From positions 1,922,001 through 1,986,000 of the forward strand of contig CATNEN010000025.1 in assembly GCA_950097015.1 (NCBI GenBank): a stretch of 64,000 nucleotides of DNA, given 5' to 3'. Positions 1-12,671 of the stretch are shown in pieces. The position numbers were made by a program, and so were the translations under genes. Positions within the stretch are counted from its first letter, which is position 1. Every line of letters begins with the position of its first letter. The notes below the pieces were generated by a model. That model made no database searches. It had not been told where the DNA came from and worked only from the letters and a program-made list of their open reading frames with translations. The DNA comes from Macrostomum hystrix. Lineage: Eukaryota; Animalia; Platyhelminthes.

Positions 1-1
1 T

Positions 2-1510
2 TACACAACATCACCAAACGAGACTACAACAATCAAGCACATTATCTCACACTATCCGGATTTGGTTGCCGTACTGCTAATTATCATACTAGCTGTCATT
101 CTCAGCATTGGCGCCAACTTGTCCAAGCACTTCAACACGGTGACAACGTCCATCAATGTTGTAGTGCTGCTGTTTGCCACCGGGGTGATGTTTGCCCTGG
201 CAGATCTGGCTAACTGGAAGAACCAGCCGTTCATGCCGTTCGGCTTCACCGGTGTGCTCTCAGGGGCCGCCACCTGCTTCTACGCGTTCATCGGCTTCGA
301 CGCAATCAGCGTCTCGATGGAGGAAGCAATGACGCCGCAAAAGTCGCTACCAATAGCCACAGGCGTGTCAGTATTCGCGACAGGCGTCCTGCTTGTGTTA
401 TCAAGCATGGCTGTGACAATGTTCGAGCCATGGTACCTCATCGACGTTCGAGCTGCGTTCACATCCGCATTTTCAGCGCACAATATGCGCTGGGCCGAGA
501 TCATCACCGGAATCGGTTCCATCACCGGCATTGTGGCTGCGCTCTATTGCAACAACTACGCCATGCCGCGAGTAGTCTACGCGATGGCATCAGACGGACT
601 GATATTCCGCATCCTAGCCTACGTGACGCCTCTAACCCAGGTACCAATCGTTGCTATAATTTTCTCCAGCTTTATTGCCGCCGTGCTGGCACTGCTGTTG
701 GACATTGAAGCCCTGGCCGACTTTCTGTCCATCGGTACGCTGATTGCTTACAGCATAGTAGCTTGCAATGTTGTAATCCTGCGATACATCCGGCCAGTCG
801 GCATCGCCCAGCTCACTCTGTCGCTTGAGTCTGAAACAGAGTCGACAACTTCTTCAAAGCCGCTGTCGTCACCCGTGAAGCCGATGCCAGCCGAGGCTGT
901 CGGCCGGCTAAAGGAGCCGTTCCGCAATGTCCCTCTATTGCGTTCTCTGAAGCCTGGACTTGGCGCTATCCTGGGTCTGCTGATCTTCATCGGCGGTTTA
1001 GTCGGCGTTAGCCTCGTTCTAAAGCTCGGCTTGGGACCGCTGAAAGCTTCCAATCCGATTGTGATCATTGTGATGATATTGTTCTGCATTATTTGCCTAT
1101 CGGCATTTGTTGCTATGATGATGCACGACCAAGATACGGAGATTCACACCTTCAGGGTACGTACAAGTACATGAAATATACATGTGCGCCATTTTTTTAA
1201 CACGCGCGCACTGGCTCGCAACATCCCGCAGATGCCCGGCGTGCCCCTGATCCCATGCGTGGCCATCGCGCTGAACATCCTGCTAATCATGCAGCTGCAG
1301 CCAATCACGTGGATCCGTTTCACCATCTGGCTGCTGATTGGCCTGGTGATTTACTTCGCCTACGGCATTCACAACAGCAACGAGAATCCGGAGCGTCAGC
1401 AGGAGGCCTCCGAGAAGGTGCCACTGGCCAGCGCCATGAGCTATCAGAAGATGCCAGACGCCGCGGCCGGCGAAGCACTCGCAAAGGACGAGGCCGACAA
1501 GGCCGACTAG
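2..1510 (+). CDS. Cationic amino acid transporter (SLC7A/CAT, APC superfamily), 3' portion; exons <2..1156 and 1232..1510
   Basis: Frame is open from the window start (..HYPDLVAV..). Motifs FMPFGFTGVLSGAATCFYAFIGFD, MPRVVYAMASDGL and LADFLSIGTLIAY. A GT..AG intron at 1157-1231 joins HTFR to MPGVPLIP (CAT C-terminal domain). Stop TAG at 1508-1510. Confidence 0.92.
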
Positions 1511-3697
1511 TTTACTGAACACGCCTTTCTATGGAATCTTTGGAAATACTGCAAGCAATCAGACTTTCATAATAGATGTTTATATAACCGTTTTTTTATA
1601 GTCGAGGCAGTCCTCAGCTGTGAAAAGTTGATTAAAGGAGTTCTACATATGGTGCCTTGAAATTTGCATTAATCTAATGAACTCGAATTTAGTCCAATGT
1701 GAATTGTACTCGTAGTCACAATTTATAATATATATTTAAACAGTTCATGGACAACTCAAAAAGATTAGGTTTCACTTTAATGAAGCTCTGCAACTTTTAA
1801 TATAAAAATCTGCTTTTGCAACGCATCATTAGTGAAGAGTGGTCGCGTGGTTTCATTTTAGGTTGTTTTTTGTTGTAGTCAGAAGTGTTTTTTCAGTTTT
1901 CCGTATTAAAAGTGGCGCTGCTGGTAAAAAGAACAGTTGTTTTGTCACAATTTTAATTATGCTATAGACTTTTACCAAGTTGGCTATTTAAATTATGTAT
2001 TCGTTGCTAATGCACCCCATATACTCCAAATGGTCCTTTAATGTAACAACACTACAAGAATTCTGCAACTAAAACTGCCTTGCATGCACGATACATCAAA
2101 TCTTTTTGCTGCAACCAATTGGTAAATATATCACGTAATAAAATTGTTTTAAAGACATAAATCACTTGAATTTGGAATTTTACAAAAAGCTTAATGGTTT
2201 TGAAAGTATAATTGGGCATTTATGTTGCGCGAGTTTGGGAATCGCTTTTAGTCGCAGTAATATATAGTATTAGTTATAGTAATATATAGTTAGTTATTGT
2301 AATATATATAGAAATATATGTTAATTATATGTTATATACATATGTAATATATAGTAACATAACACTTTCCTGACCTTTCAATTTTATGTAACTCTACCTG
2401 TCAGTCAATGCACTCATGCACTATATGCGAACTTATGAAACCGTTTTGTTTGAATGTAGTCTCCACAAGCCCTGGTCCCCCGAACGCATCTATTTATTTA
2501 TTGTTTTTTTTTGTTCAGATTCCCTTTTTCTCCGCAGATAAGAATTATTTTTGTTTTAATTTTGTTGTGTTTCAATATATATATTGCTTACTCTTGTTTT
2601 AGATACGCTTCGCTACCTATGTAAAATTTATTAAATTGCCACGCAAGTTCTTTGAATACGCAATCTTCTTTTTGTGCTATAATATAAGTACAGTACATAC
2701 CGCTGCTGAATGTGACGCGTATACAACTGACCTGTGCAGCTTCGGGATAGACAACGATCGTTACGCGAAGGGTGGTGTAAACTAAAAATGAATGCAGTGT
2801 CTTTTAGAAGATGCGGATCACCCTGTTAATAAATGGCATCCATGGGTGATGCAGATGCTATAGATGACTTGAGCATATGCGAGCTCAGTCAGTTAGCATA
2901 CCAATTCGGCCCGACATAAACCGCATATAAGGTTTCAGCACCGAACACAGCTGTCATTATTGGACTATATATAGCTGTAGGATGTTAGCTAGCAAGACAA
3001 GGAAGTCCACGTACACTTTAGCAACAAGACTGTCTCATTCATAGCAAGCCTCATCAGGTTCGATTTTCGCGCGACTTTGAGTTTAACGAACGAAACCATA
3101 CTTATGCCGGCCACCAAATATTATTGATGGCTCTATAATTATTTTCTTGCTAATTAATTGAAAGTTACAAATTTACTTTTATATGCAGATCTGAATTTCA
3201 AGCCTTAAGCCTCACTCTTTTTATTGACCAATTCATTTTGTATCAAGCGTTGCAACCCAAGAAAGCATATCTCATTGTTTATCACATTAAAATAGCACTT
3301 GTTGTTTCCTCCAAAACGATTATAAAATTTTTCAGGAAGTTCGTCTACATTAAAATATGAAAATAACAGTTTCCATTGTAAGCATAAAATATAAAAAAAA
3401 CGATGTGCTTATATTGTAACTGTTATTACTCGTGAAAAACGTTGTTTTTATCCGTTAGTTTCAAGGAAAATCCAACTTAAAATTACGAAATACACAACTG
3501 TAGATTAACAGTCCGCGCAAAATGCCCTGGATCAATACTTAAACTAGTAGTCATATGCTTACTGTATATTTTAACCAAACTTTACCAAGCAAATATTCGT
3601 ACGGAGAGAATATCACACTCTGAATGATAGTTTTCGAAAAGTTGTTGACATAAGTCTTTTATAAAAAACTTAACTCCGAAATCAGATTTACTAAAGG

Positions 3698-6600
3698 ATG
3701 CCTGTTTCAAAAGGAAATCTAGGAAATTCCTTGTCCAAACAATTCAAATCGTCGAGACGAACTCGTAGAGAAAATGGGCCTGGTCTTGGCGACACTGGTC
3801 AGCCAGTTGCAATGTCATCTTATCTGGTTAGCATGATATAATTTTATCTTTAATTATTGATTCAATTGCAAGGAATATTTTTTATGCCTCATAATTTATG
3901 AATATCAATTACTTTGTCAGGCCTTATAGCCTTGTAGGCCTAGCTAGCTTACTATGGAGTATGGGTCTATGTACCTACATAGCCAACATAAGTAAGTCTA
4001 TTCAATAGCCTAGCCTAGTGTGGCCTAACTTTACCAGCTTTAATTGTAATCTAGATCATGAATTACATATGTGGCCTAATTGCTAGCTTTAAACCTGGTT
4101 CTAATAAAAATGCAACATAGGCCTATCACATGCAATGTTATCAAATACTAGCTGGCTTAGCTACAAAAAAAATGGCTAGTTTGTATGACTTTACTTTTAC
4201 TATAATTTGAAATAATTATTAAATACCTTTCAAGACAAACAAAATGAAGTTTTGGTACAAATTTAAACTTCAAAGATGAAACAAAAAAATTAGTGCCAAA
4301 TCTCCATAATAATAGTATGGCATCTGTATATTAAGAATTTACTTAAGATATTAGTTTTCTATTTGTAATAAACTTTAATTTAGGCTAAAATGTTCTATGA
4401 AACTTGCTATGCTTTATACAATTACTAGCTTTTTTTGCCCGTTGTTTTTGGGGCAGAAATTTAAAGCAAAGCAGTAAGCAATTCACGTCTCTGTATTAAC
4501 TTTATAGTGTAGGTCACCATTTATTTATTTACTGCATTAATGAAAAGTGAAGAGTTTGTTTAAGGGCATTTTAAGTAAAAAATAAGTGAAAAGTTTGTCC
4601 AAACAGCCCCCTCTTGATTACTTCTTTAGAAACATGTCTCTTAGCCACTCCTCTATACAGTCAGTGGCAGATCCAGGAATTTTGTTTTGGGGCGGTCTGT
4701 CAGGGGAGCGCCATGAGAATCACAGAGGGGGTGCCAGCGGCCGAAAAAGGGCGCCAGGAGCCAAGAAAGGGCGCCAGCGGCTGAAAAACGGGAGCCAGCG
4801 GCTGAAAAAGGGGCGCCAGCGACCGAAAAGGGGCACCAGTGCTGTGACTGGCGCCCCTGGTGGGGGCATCTTATTCCCATGATTTAAATTTAGGGGGGCG
4901 ACTGCCCCCCCCCCCCGCCCCCCCCCCTAAATCTGCCTCTGTATACAGTATGCATGTACACGCGTATACATAAGGAAAATAGCCATGGCATAACAATAAC
5001 AATGTCAAAGAAACAAAATTAAACTGTTTCAGAGTTCAGAGTTAGACAGGTCAAGGTCAATTCGTGACTACTTTTCTATTAATTGCTTGCGAGTCACCTC
5101 AAGGCCTGGGGATACACCACATTCTTCGTTCTTCCCCTTGGTGCGAAAATGAATAGGCCAGCTGGAGTTCCAACACGGGAGCAGGCGACATAAAGCTGCC
5201 CATGCGAGAAACACGGAGTCTCCAGGTTGATGCCAGCCACCTTCAGCGACTGTCCCTGAGCCTTGTTAATAGTCATCGCAAAGCACACTCTCATAGGGAA
5301 CTGCAGTCGCTTGAACTGAAATGGCAGGTCCGTGGGGATAATTGGAATCCGGGGAACGAACACAGACTCTCCTCTGCCAGATCCAGTCATTATCGTGGCC
5401 TCAATCACGTGTGGGAAGAGCCGCCTGACTATCAGTCTGGTGCCGTTACACAGCCTTGGCGCATTCAGGTTGCGGAGGAGCATAATTGGTGCCCCAACTT
5501 TCAGCTGCAAGTTGTGCGATGGAGTTCCAGGAGGATCTAGAGAGTTCAGAAACTCAACAGGATACTCCACAGCGGTGTCATCAGTCAACGTTGTATCAAC
5601 TGACTTGTAGGTGAAAACTGCACCTGGCAACTCCTGAAGCAGTTGGTAGTTAATTTCGTTGGCGGCATCATTTCTAGGACACAGAATTGCCCTCTCTGAC
5701 AGCCAGTCAACGTCAGCATATCGAACCATCAGGTTCGGGTAAACTTTTGCCTTGAGCTCCTGCACTGACTGCACAATGTTTCCGATTGTAGCGATCGATG
5801 ACTGCCCATCCTCGGTGCTAATCTCCAGCAGACCATTGCCGATTCGCAATAGATTGGCAGAGAACTCATGAGCTGTTTCGTCTCCTTGAATTGTAGCTCT
5901 CATGTTTGTTCGTAGGTGCAACTTCACAACCGATGGCCACAGGTGAGATGATTTTAGGCAAGCATTAATCTCATCAGCAGGAGTGCCACGCGGAATCACA
6001 GGCAGCATCTGTCTAAAGTCTCCAGACAGCAGCAGAGTGACACCACCCATCAGTTGATCGCCAGCCTCTCTCTTTCTTCTATCCCAGGCTGGCTGGAGAG
6101 AAATATAGACCGGAGAGCCCTGCGCACTGGGACGCCACCGCACTCACCGCACTCAGTCTCAGTGCTGCTTGGGGGCCAGTAGACAGTCTAGGGGTTTGGG
6201 CTGTGTACATTCACGGCTTGAAATACAATGTACAGTCTGGGGCTTCGGCGCCTGGGGAAGGGAGGGGGTGGCTGTAATAAAATTTGGCCCGCAGAGTGGC
6301 CGAGGGGAGTTGGGGTGGCTGTCCTCGGAAAACAAAAAGTGACTCACTTTGAGATGATGCAGCTTTGCTCTGGATTGAGTAGAGATGTTCAAAATTGACA
6401 GCATTGTTGAAAAACATGTAAAGTGTAAGTGGATCAAATTTGGAGAAAATCTGACAAAGTGGGGCGACGATATGTCGAATTGAGTGATTTTTTGATGATT
6501 TTTGAGCAGTTTTTTGCACTTTTGAGCAGGAAGGAAATGATTTTTCGGGAATTTGAGTAGCCTATTGCACTCAGCGTAGGTGGTTTAAGGTATGTGCAAA

Positions 6601-9600
6601 GTTTGGTGCGATTTGGTTGAGCGGTTTCGGCGCTATAAAGACAAAAGGTTGCACACACACAGACAGACACACACACAGACAGAGTTTTCACTTTTATATA
6701 TATAGATGGTTTGAGATTGTTTTAAATGAAGCTTATTAAAATGTCATAATCTCAACTCAGTGAACAAAAAGTATGCAAACATATTTTTGAAGCATTATTT
6801 GTTTAATTTTAAACTATTTAGATTTTTAAATTTTTTAAAAATTTTTTAATTTTTAAACTACTTTTAGTAGTCTTAATCTGTGTCTATTGTAAATTTAAAG
6901 TAGGGCCTATGGCTTCCTTGGCTATATATGGAACTGATAATAGTATATATGTAATATTCATAATACTGTAGGCTACTAAATATGCATATATAAGTCTATT
7001 ACATAAAAAATTCATCCCAATAAGATTTGGAAGTTTACCTAACTTCCCTCTCTAAATTGGCCATAAATTGAAAAAAAATGCTTTTTGGGTTGTTTTTGTT
7101 GTTTGTCATTGTTTCCAAGGCCTATCTTAGATGTTGTCTATATCTGGTAAATCAAAAGACATTTACCCACATGGACTGACTCATAATTAGAACAATATGA
7201 CTAACAGGTAGACCTCAGTGACTAATAGACAGACCTGAGGGACTAATAAACAGACCTGAGGGACTAATAGACAGACCTGATGGACTAACAGACAGACCTG
7301 AGTGACTAACAGACAGATCTGAGTGACTAACAGACAGACCTGAGTGACTAACAGACAGACCTGAGTAACTAACAGACAGACCTGAGTGACTAACAGACAG
7401 ACATGATAACCTGAGAGACAAACTGACAGATAACATGAAATATAAACTGATAGATAACCTGAAGGGCTCTCAGACATGGACCAGAGGAACGAACATAATA
7501 GTAGGCCTGAGGTACTTACTGACTGACAGACCCAGTGGACTACCAGTCATACGCTTGAGAGTTAGTTTTTTACTTGAGTCTACTCCGATAATGATTCGCC
7601 ATCAATTTTTATCTGATAGCCGTCACAGCCGTTGCCGAGTCAAACTGACGCCTCTGTGACTCAGCAGGGCGACCTGGCCGAATTCCTATCCAGAGCCGAG
7701 CTGCTCAATGCCAAATTTGACAGCTCAGGCGGTCCGGGCGCCGGCTCGCTGCGTCTGCTGTCCCAGGAGGAGGCCGTCAACGGTGGCGGAGGTGCCGGCG
7801 TGCTGGCCAAGGCAGCCAGGGAGCGCCGCCGTCTGGCAGCCGAGGAGATGCGGGGCCAGCTGCGAATACCCCGACGGCCAGCCTGGACACCGGGCGTCAC
7901 TGGGCCGGCGGAGCTGGAAGCGGCCGAGCGCGAGGCATTCGTGCATTGGCGCGAAGCAATGGCGGCTCTGGAGGCCAGAGACAATGTCACTATGACGCCG
8001 TTTGAAAAAAATCTGGACTTCTGGCGACAATTGTGGCGCGTACTAGAGCGTAGCCGCGCCGTGGTGCAGATTGTGGATGCCAGGGATCCGCTGTTTTTTT
8101 ATTCAGCCGATTTAGACGCCTACGCCAAAGAGTGTGGCTGCAGCACCGCGCTGCTGTTAAACAAGTGCGACCTGCTCACCCCGCTGCAGCTGAAGGCTTG
8201 GCAAAGTTATTTTCAAGCAGCCGGAATAAATGCATTCTTCTTCTCAGCCAAGCCGGCCGGGGCCGAAGCTGAGGAGGAAGCTCAGATTCAGGCACACGCC
8301 AGGGCTGCACTGAAATGTGATGAGGCTTCGGCTGAGACTGCTAATGGCGATGAACAGGAACAGGAACAGGAACTGCCGCCTCCAAGAGGTGAGTTAGCTA
8401 GTAGAAATAGTAATCTGCTTGTTCTGGATCCTCCTGTTCTAGCTCCACCTGTTCTAACTCCACCTGTTCTAACTCCACCTGTTCTAGCTCCACCTGTTCT
8501 AACTCCACCTGTTCTAACTCCACCTGTTCTAACTCCACCTGTTCTAACTCCACCTGTTCTAGCTCCACCTGTTCTAACTCCACCTGTTCTAACTCCACCT
8601 GTTCTAGCTCCACCTGTTCTAACTCCACCTGTTCTAACTCCACCTGTTCTAACTCCACCTGTTCTAGCTCCAACTGTTCTAACTCCACCTGTTCTAGCTC
8701 CACCTGTTCTAGCTCCACCTGTTCTAGCTCCACCTGTTCTAGCTCCACCTGTTCCAGCTCCACCTGTTCTAGCTCCACCTGTTCTAGCTCCACCTGTTCT
8801 AGCTCCACCTATTCTAGCTCCACCTGTTCTAGCTCCACCTGTTCTAGCTCCACCTGTTCTAGCTCCACCTGTTCTAGCTCCACCTGTTCTAGCTCCACCT
8901 GTTCTAGCTCCACCTGTTCTAGCTCCACCTGTTCTAGCTCCGCCCATTCATTTCGCCATGGCCTCTCAGTGCTGACACCGGACAGTCTGGCCGAAGCGCT
9001 GGCCGATTTGGCCGCGGCTGCAATGGCTGCTTCAAGTTCTGAGTCGCAGTCGGCGCCATCAGCCGGCACAGGCATCGCCACCGCTCCTGTAGTCGGGCTA
9101 GTTGGCTACCCGAATGTCGGCAAGAGCAGCACCATCAACGCTTTACTCCGCGCCAAGAAGGTGCCAGAATCTGCCACCCCAGGCCGGACCAAACACCTGC
9201 AGACTCTGCCGCTAGGCGACCGGCTAATCCTATGCGACTGTCCCGGCCTAGTGATGCCTCAGTTTGTTGGCACAGCAGCCGATCTAGTAGTGCACGGTGT
9301 TTTGCCCATAGACAATATGCGCGACTGCCTAGGCCCGGTGCAGCTGCTCTGCGATAGGATTGGCCGGCGCGCATTGGCTAGAGCCTACGGGCTGCGTCTG
9401 CCGCCTCCGCCGGAACCGCTGACCGCCGTAGCCTTCCTGACTGCCTACGCCGATGCGCACGGCTACACTACTGGCCATGGCATGCCGCATCTGGACCGCG
9501 GCGCCAGGGAGATTCTAAAAGACTGCGTCACAGGCAGGCGGCGCCTATTGGTACACTGCCAGCCACCGCCAGGATTTCAGCACCAACAGCCGAATGTGGA

Positions 9601-10639
9601 TTTCAATTGTCAGCAATTGTTGACCGCCGAGGAGGAATCTGCCGAGCTGGCCACTGAAGCCGCTTTGACTGCGGCTGCGGCTGGCCTGACTGAGTTCGAT
9701 AGGCATTTCTTTGCCGAGGTGAGAATGCCTGGTCCAATGTTTAATAATATTAATAATTGCAGGGGGGCTGCGGGCAGTGGCACATCATTTGGTGACACTA
9801 GACCCACAGCCAGCGAGGAGGCAATTCTGCCCCATTTCGCTGACTCCTGAGCACAAAAGCTCACAGATACTGTACGCAGGCACACGCTCACACAGGTGTG
9901 TACATATGCCCTGAATTTCTCATCGTCAGGCAGTGTACACTCTCATTGTGCCTTGAAATATTTTAAATTGATCTAGGAATATGTTAAATAAATCTAATAA
10001 TTAATAATAATAATAATTTATTACACCTGCCCCAATCGGGTCAGATGTGCAGCCGACAGCACAGCCGCAGCTATTGCGCGGCGCATCTGAAGGCTGCGTA
10101 CGGCTGTTCAGTCCATGGACTGGGGGGACGCCACACCCACTCTCAATTATCCCAGCTACTGCTGGTACCCATTTAACAGCTGGGTGAACTGAAGCAATGC
10201 AGAGTTAAGTGTCTTGCTAAAGGACACAAATTGTTCCAGTGGAGACGGGAATCGAACCCCCGACCTTTAAGTCGTGAGTCCGACGCCCTAACCACTAGGC
10301 TACAACCTCTGGTTAGGAAATCTAGGAATTTGTTAAATACAAGTAGATCTAGAAATTTGTTAAATGGATCTAGGGATTTTAGTCAGAGAAGATTTTATCA
10401 TCATGGGATGTCAGAGAAGGGAGGAAAGAGAATAGTTCAACGGTGCCTCACGCCATTAACCAGATGAAAGTTTTCGTCGTCTTCAGAAAACAGCCGACGT
10501 ACAGTTTCGCTCCACCGGCCGGCCCCAGGGCGCCGCCGATTCTGTATCAACGGGCGCAGGTGGCAAGCACTGGAAGCGGCACAATAACACTGGCAAACGC
10601 GAGAAGCTTCGCAGAGTCTACCGACATCTTGACCAGTAG
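3698..10639 (+). CDS. LSG1: Large subunit GTPase 1 homolog; exons 3698..3826, 7620(or 7629)..8388, 8970..9718, 10487..10639 (~599 aa)
   Basis: Exon 1 reads MPVSKGNLGNSLSKQF. Then SVTQQGDLAEFL, TPFEKNLDFWRQLWRVLERS, DARDP, NKCD (G4), GYPNVGKSS (G1), DCPG (G3), and C-terminus GKHWKRHNNTGKREKLRRVYRHLDQ*. All introns are GT..AG and phase-compatible. Confidence 0.9.
4662..4941. mobile_element. hAT-type MITE (280 bp) nested in Helitron A
   Basis: 11-bp TIRs CAGTGGCAGAT / ATCTGCCTCTG (1 mismatch). 8-bp TSD TATACAGT at 4654-4661 and 4942-4949. Also present in copies B (50145-50416) and C (52429-52701). Confidence 0.8.
5094..6143 (-). pseudogene. Helitron RepHel C-terminal Pif1-like helicase fragment (no Rep domain, no Walker A/B)
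   Basis: Motifs LLLSGDFRQ, AILCPRN, LLRNLNAPRLCNGTRL, FAMTINKAQGQS and FSHGQLYVACSRV. The listed start is GTG; the first in-frame ATG is at MGGVTLLL. Confidence 0.88.
7196..7430. repeat. 21-bp minisatellite (GAGTGACTAACAGACAGACCT) in LSG1 intron 1
   Basis: Unit starts recur at 7321, 7342, 7363; roughly a dozen degenerate copies. Confidence 0.9.
8421..8942. repeat. 15-bp minisatellite (CCACCTGTTCTA[A/G]CT) filling LSG1 intron 2 (8389-8969)
   Basis: About 35 near-perfect units; source of the PPVLT, ELEQV and GGART ORFs. Confidence 0.95.
9755..9950 (-). mobile_element. SINE family B, 3' portion, in LSG1 intron 3
   Basis: Shares CAGCCAGCGAGGAGGCAATT and CGCTCACACAGGTGTGTACAT..CTCATCGTCAGGCAGTGTACACTCTCA with 12200-12530; the first block is also shared with 39270-39450. 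Confidence 0.55.
9994..10310 (-). mobile_element. tRNA-derived SINE family A with (TTA)n tail
   Basis: Reverse complement gives a tRNA-like head (A box TAGCCTAGTGG, B box GGTTCGATTCC), a central GTGTCCTTTAGCAAGACACTT..AAATGGGTACC block and a TTA tail. Second full copy at 60988-61300. Confidence 0.85.
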
Positions 10640-10769
10640 AGACAAACGATTTGGGTATTTTTTTAATGACTTTTTTGATATTCTGGGGAACTTTTTGTGT
10701 GGCGTACGCAAGCGGAGACTGAAAATGGATGATGGTTTTGTGTGAACATTTCCCCTGCTACACACGGTG

Positions 10770-11535
10770 ATTTCACAGTTTTTTCAGGGGCTTCACCTGC
10801 TAGACACTGATTTCGCCTGTCCAACGCTCTTTTTTGACCTTTTGAATGAGGTGTTTTCGCCTGCTAGACACGGTGTTTTCACCTGTTAAACACGGTGTTT
10901 TCATCGGTTAGACACGGTGTTTTCACCTGTTAAACACGGTGTTTTCATCGGTTAGAGACGGTGTTTTCAACTGTTAAACACGGTGTTTTCACCTGTTAAA
11001 CACGGTGTTTTCACTTGTTAGACACGGTGTTTCTACCTGTTAGACACGCTGTTTTCACCTGTTATACACTGTGTTTTCACCTGTTAAGCACGGTGTTTTC
11101 ACCTGTTAAACACTGTGTTTTCACCTGTTAGACACGGTGTTTTCACCTGTTAGACACGGTATTTTCACCTGTTAGAGACGGTGTTTTCACCTGTTAAACA
11201 CGGTGTTTTCACTTGTTAGACACGGTGTTTCTACCTGTTAGAGACGGTGTTTTCACCTGTTAGAGACGGTGTTTTCACCTGTTAGAGACGGTGTTTTCAC
11301 CTGTTAGACACTGATGATTTAACCTTTTTGACGTGGTGATTTCATTTGTTAGTCGCGGTGATTTCACCTGGTTTAGATAATGATGATTTCACCTGTTAGA
11401 CGTGGTGATTTCACCTGTTAGTCGCGGTGATTTCACCTGGTTTAGACAATGATGATTTCACCTGTTAGACGTGGTGATTTCACCTGTTAGTCGCGGTGAT
11501 TTCACCTGGTTTAAACACTGATGATTTCACCTGTC
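10770..11535. repeat. 22-bp minisatellite (TTTCACCTGTTAGACACGGTGT) downstream of LSG1
   Basis: About 30 units with a variant gradient toward TGATGATTTCACCTG at the right end. Confidence 0.92.
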
Positions 11536-12199
11536 AAAGAGATTAGTAGATTCAGCCTGCGTACGCCATTAATTTCTGTCATTGTTGAAACCTTGGATTA
11601 AAATGGCCATCAAAAGACCAATTCGCATTTTTAATGTCAGTTTTTTGGCTGTTTCTAAAGGCTCCGTTCTGCTTTATTGTTATTTATTAATTGGTGTTTG
11701 GTAAACCCTATGCAAAGTAATTATTTTATCGATTAATTATTAATCATTATGCAAAGTAAAATCGGATGTTCAAATCTTTTTTTCAATTTGTTGTATTTCT
11801 TAGGTCATTGCCCTTCTCGAGTATACACTTCGTAGTGTCTGTAACCGTTATCAGACAAGTAATTTATTAATGAAATAAAGGTATAAATAAAATCTTCAAG
11901 CCTTGAAACCCTGCTGATCCGATTCTTATGAAGTGGATTTATTATTGGTACTAATTTGTGAAAACTGTTATTTTTTCTGCAATTTTAAATGCGATGATTT
12001 GACTAGACTGTAGGCTAAATTGTAGTTTCATGTACCTATCATTTATGCAAAGTGGTCTTCACCTGGAAATTATCCTTGGATTTACGGAAATTATTATATT
12101 TATAACCCTGAGATATTTCCCCTTGATAATTAGATAACAATGAGATATTAAAACAGTTCAAAACATTGATATCCCCTTTGGATTAATTCCAAAAAATAA

Positions 12200-12530
12200 T
12201 TGCTGGAGGGCTGCAAACAACGGCACACCATTTGGTGATACTAGACCTGCAGCCGGCGAGGAGGCAATTTGGAGCACACACGCACACGGATACGAGTACT
12301 GTATGCGCTAGGTATACGCTCACACAGGTGTGTACATCTGCCCTGACTTTCTCATCGTCAGGCAGTGTACACTCTCACTGGGCCTTCTAGATTGTCTCTC
12401 AATTGCAAGACAAGCCCCCAAGCATTCTCTCCGCGGCTGCCCCCCCCAAATGAATGTGGCGTCGCCGCGGAATCGAGCTCAGGGACCTTGGACAAATGCG
12501 TTCGACCGCTCTGCCACCCACCCCCTCCAC
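12200..12530 (-). mobile_element. SINE family B with degenerate tRNA-like head
   Basis: - strand A-box-like TGGCAGAGCGG and B-box-like GAGCTCGATTCC; body matches 9755-9950. Confidence 0.55.
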
Positions 12531-12671
12531 TCTTGGTTGTTAAAGCCATGCGATGACATGTTTAGATCACTGGAGCTGTCTCACCCTTAGATTGTGTAGC
12601 CTTGAAGTCTCGTTTTAAACGATAAAGATGAGATCTCACCCTTAGTGATTGCGAATGCCTCCAATCTTCAG

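Larger units (their letters stand above)
4425..6706 (-). mobile_element. Non-autonomous Helitron, copy A (2282 bp), antisense in LSG1 intron 1
   Basis: On the - strand it starts TC(TATATATA) and ends CTAG, inserted between A and T with no TSD. Subterminal hairpin tgccc(4436-40)/gggca(4451-55). Carries a Pif1-type helicase fragment and is near-identical to the copies at 49908 and 52193. Confidence 0.93.

Noticed and set aside
10230-10310. tRNA gene (also 60988-61060)
   Set aside because: Anticodon and acceptor stems do not pair properly, and the head continues into a shared body and TTA tail, so these are SINE heads.
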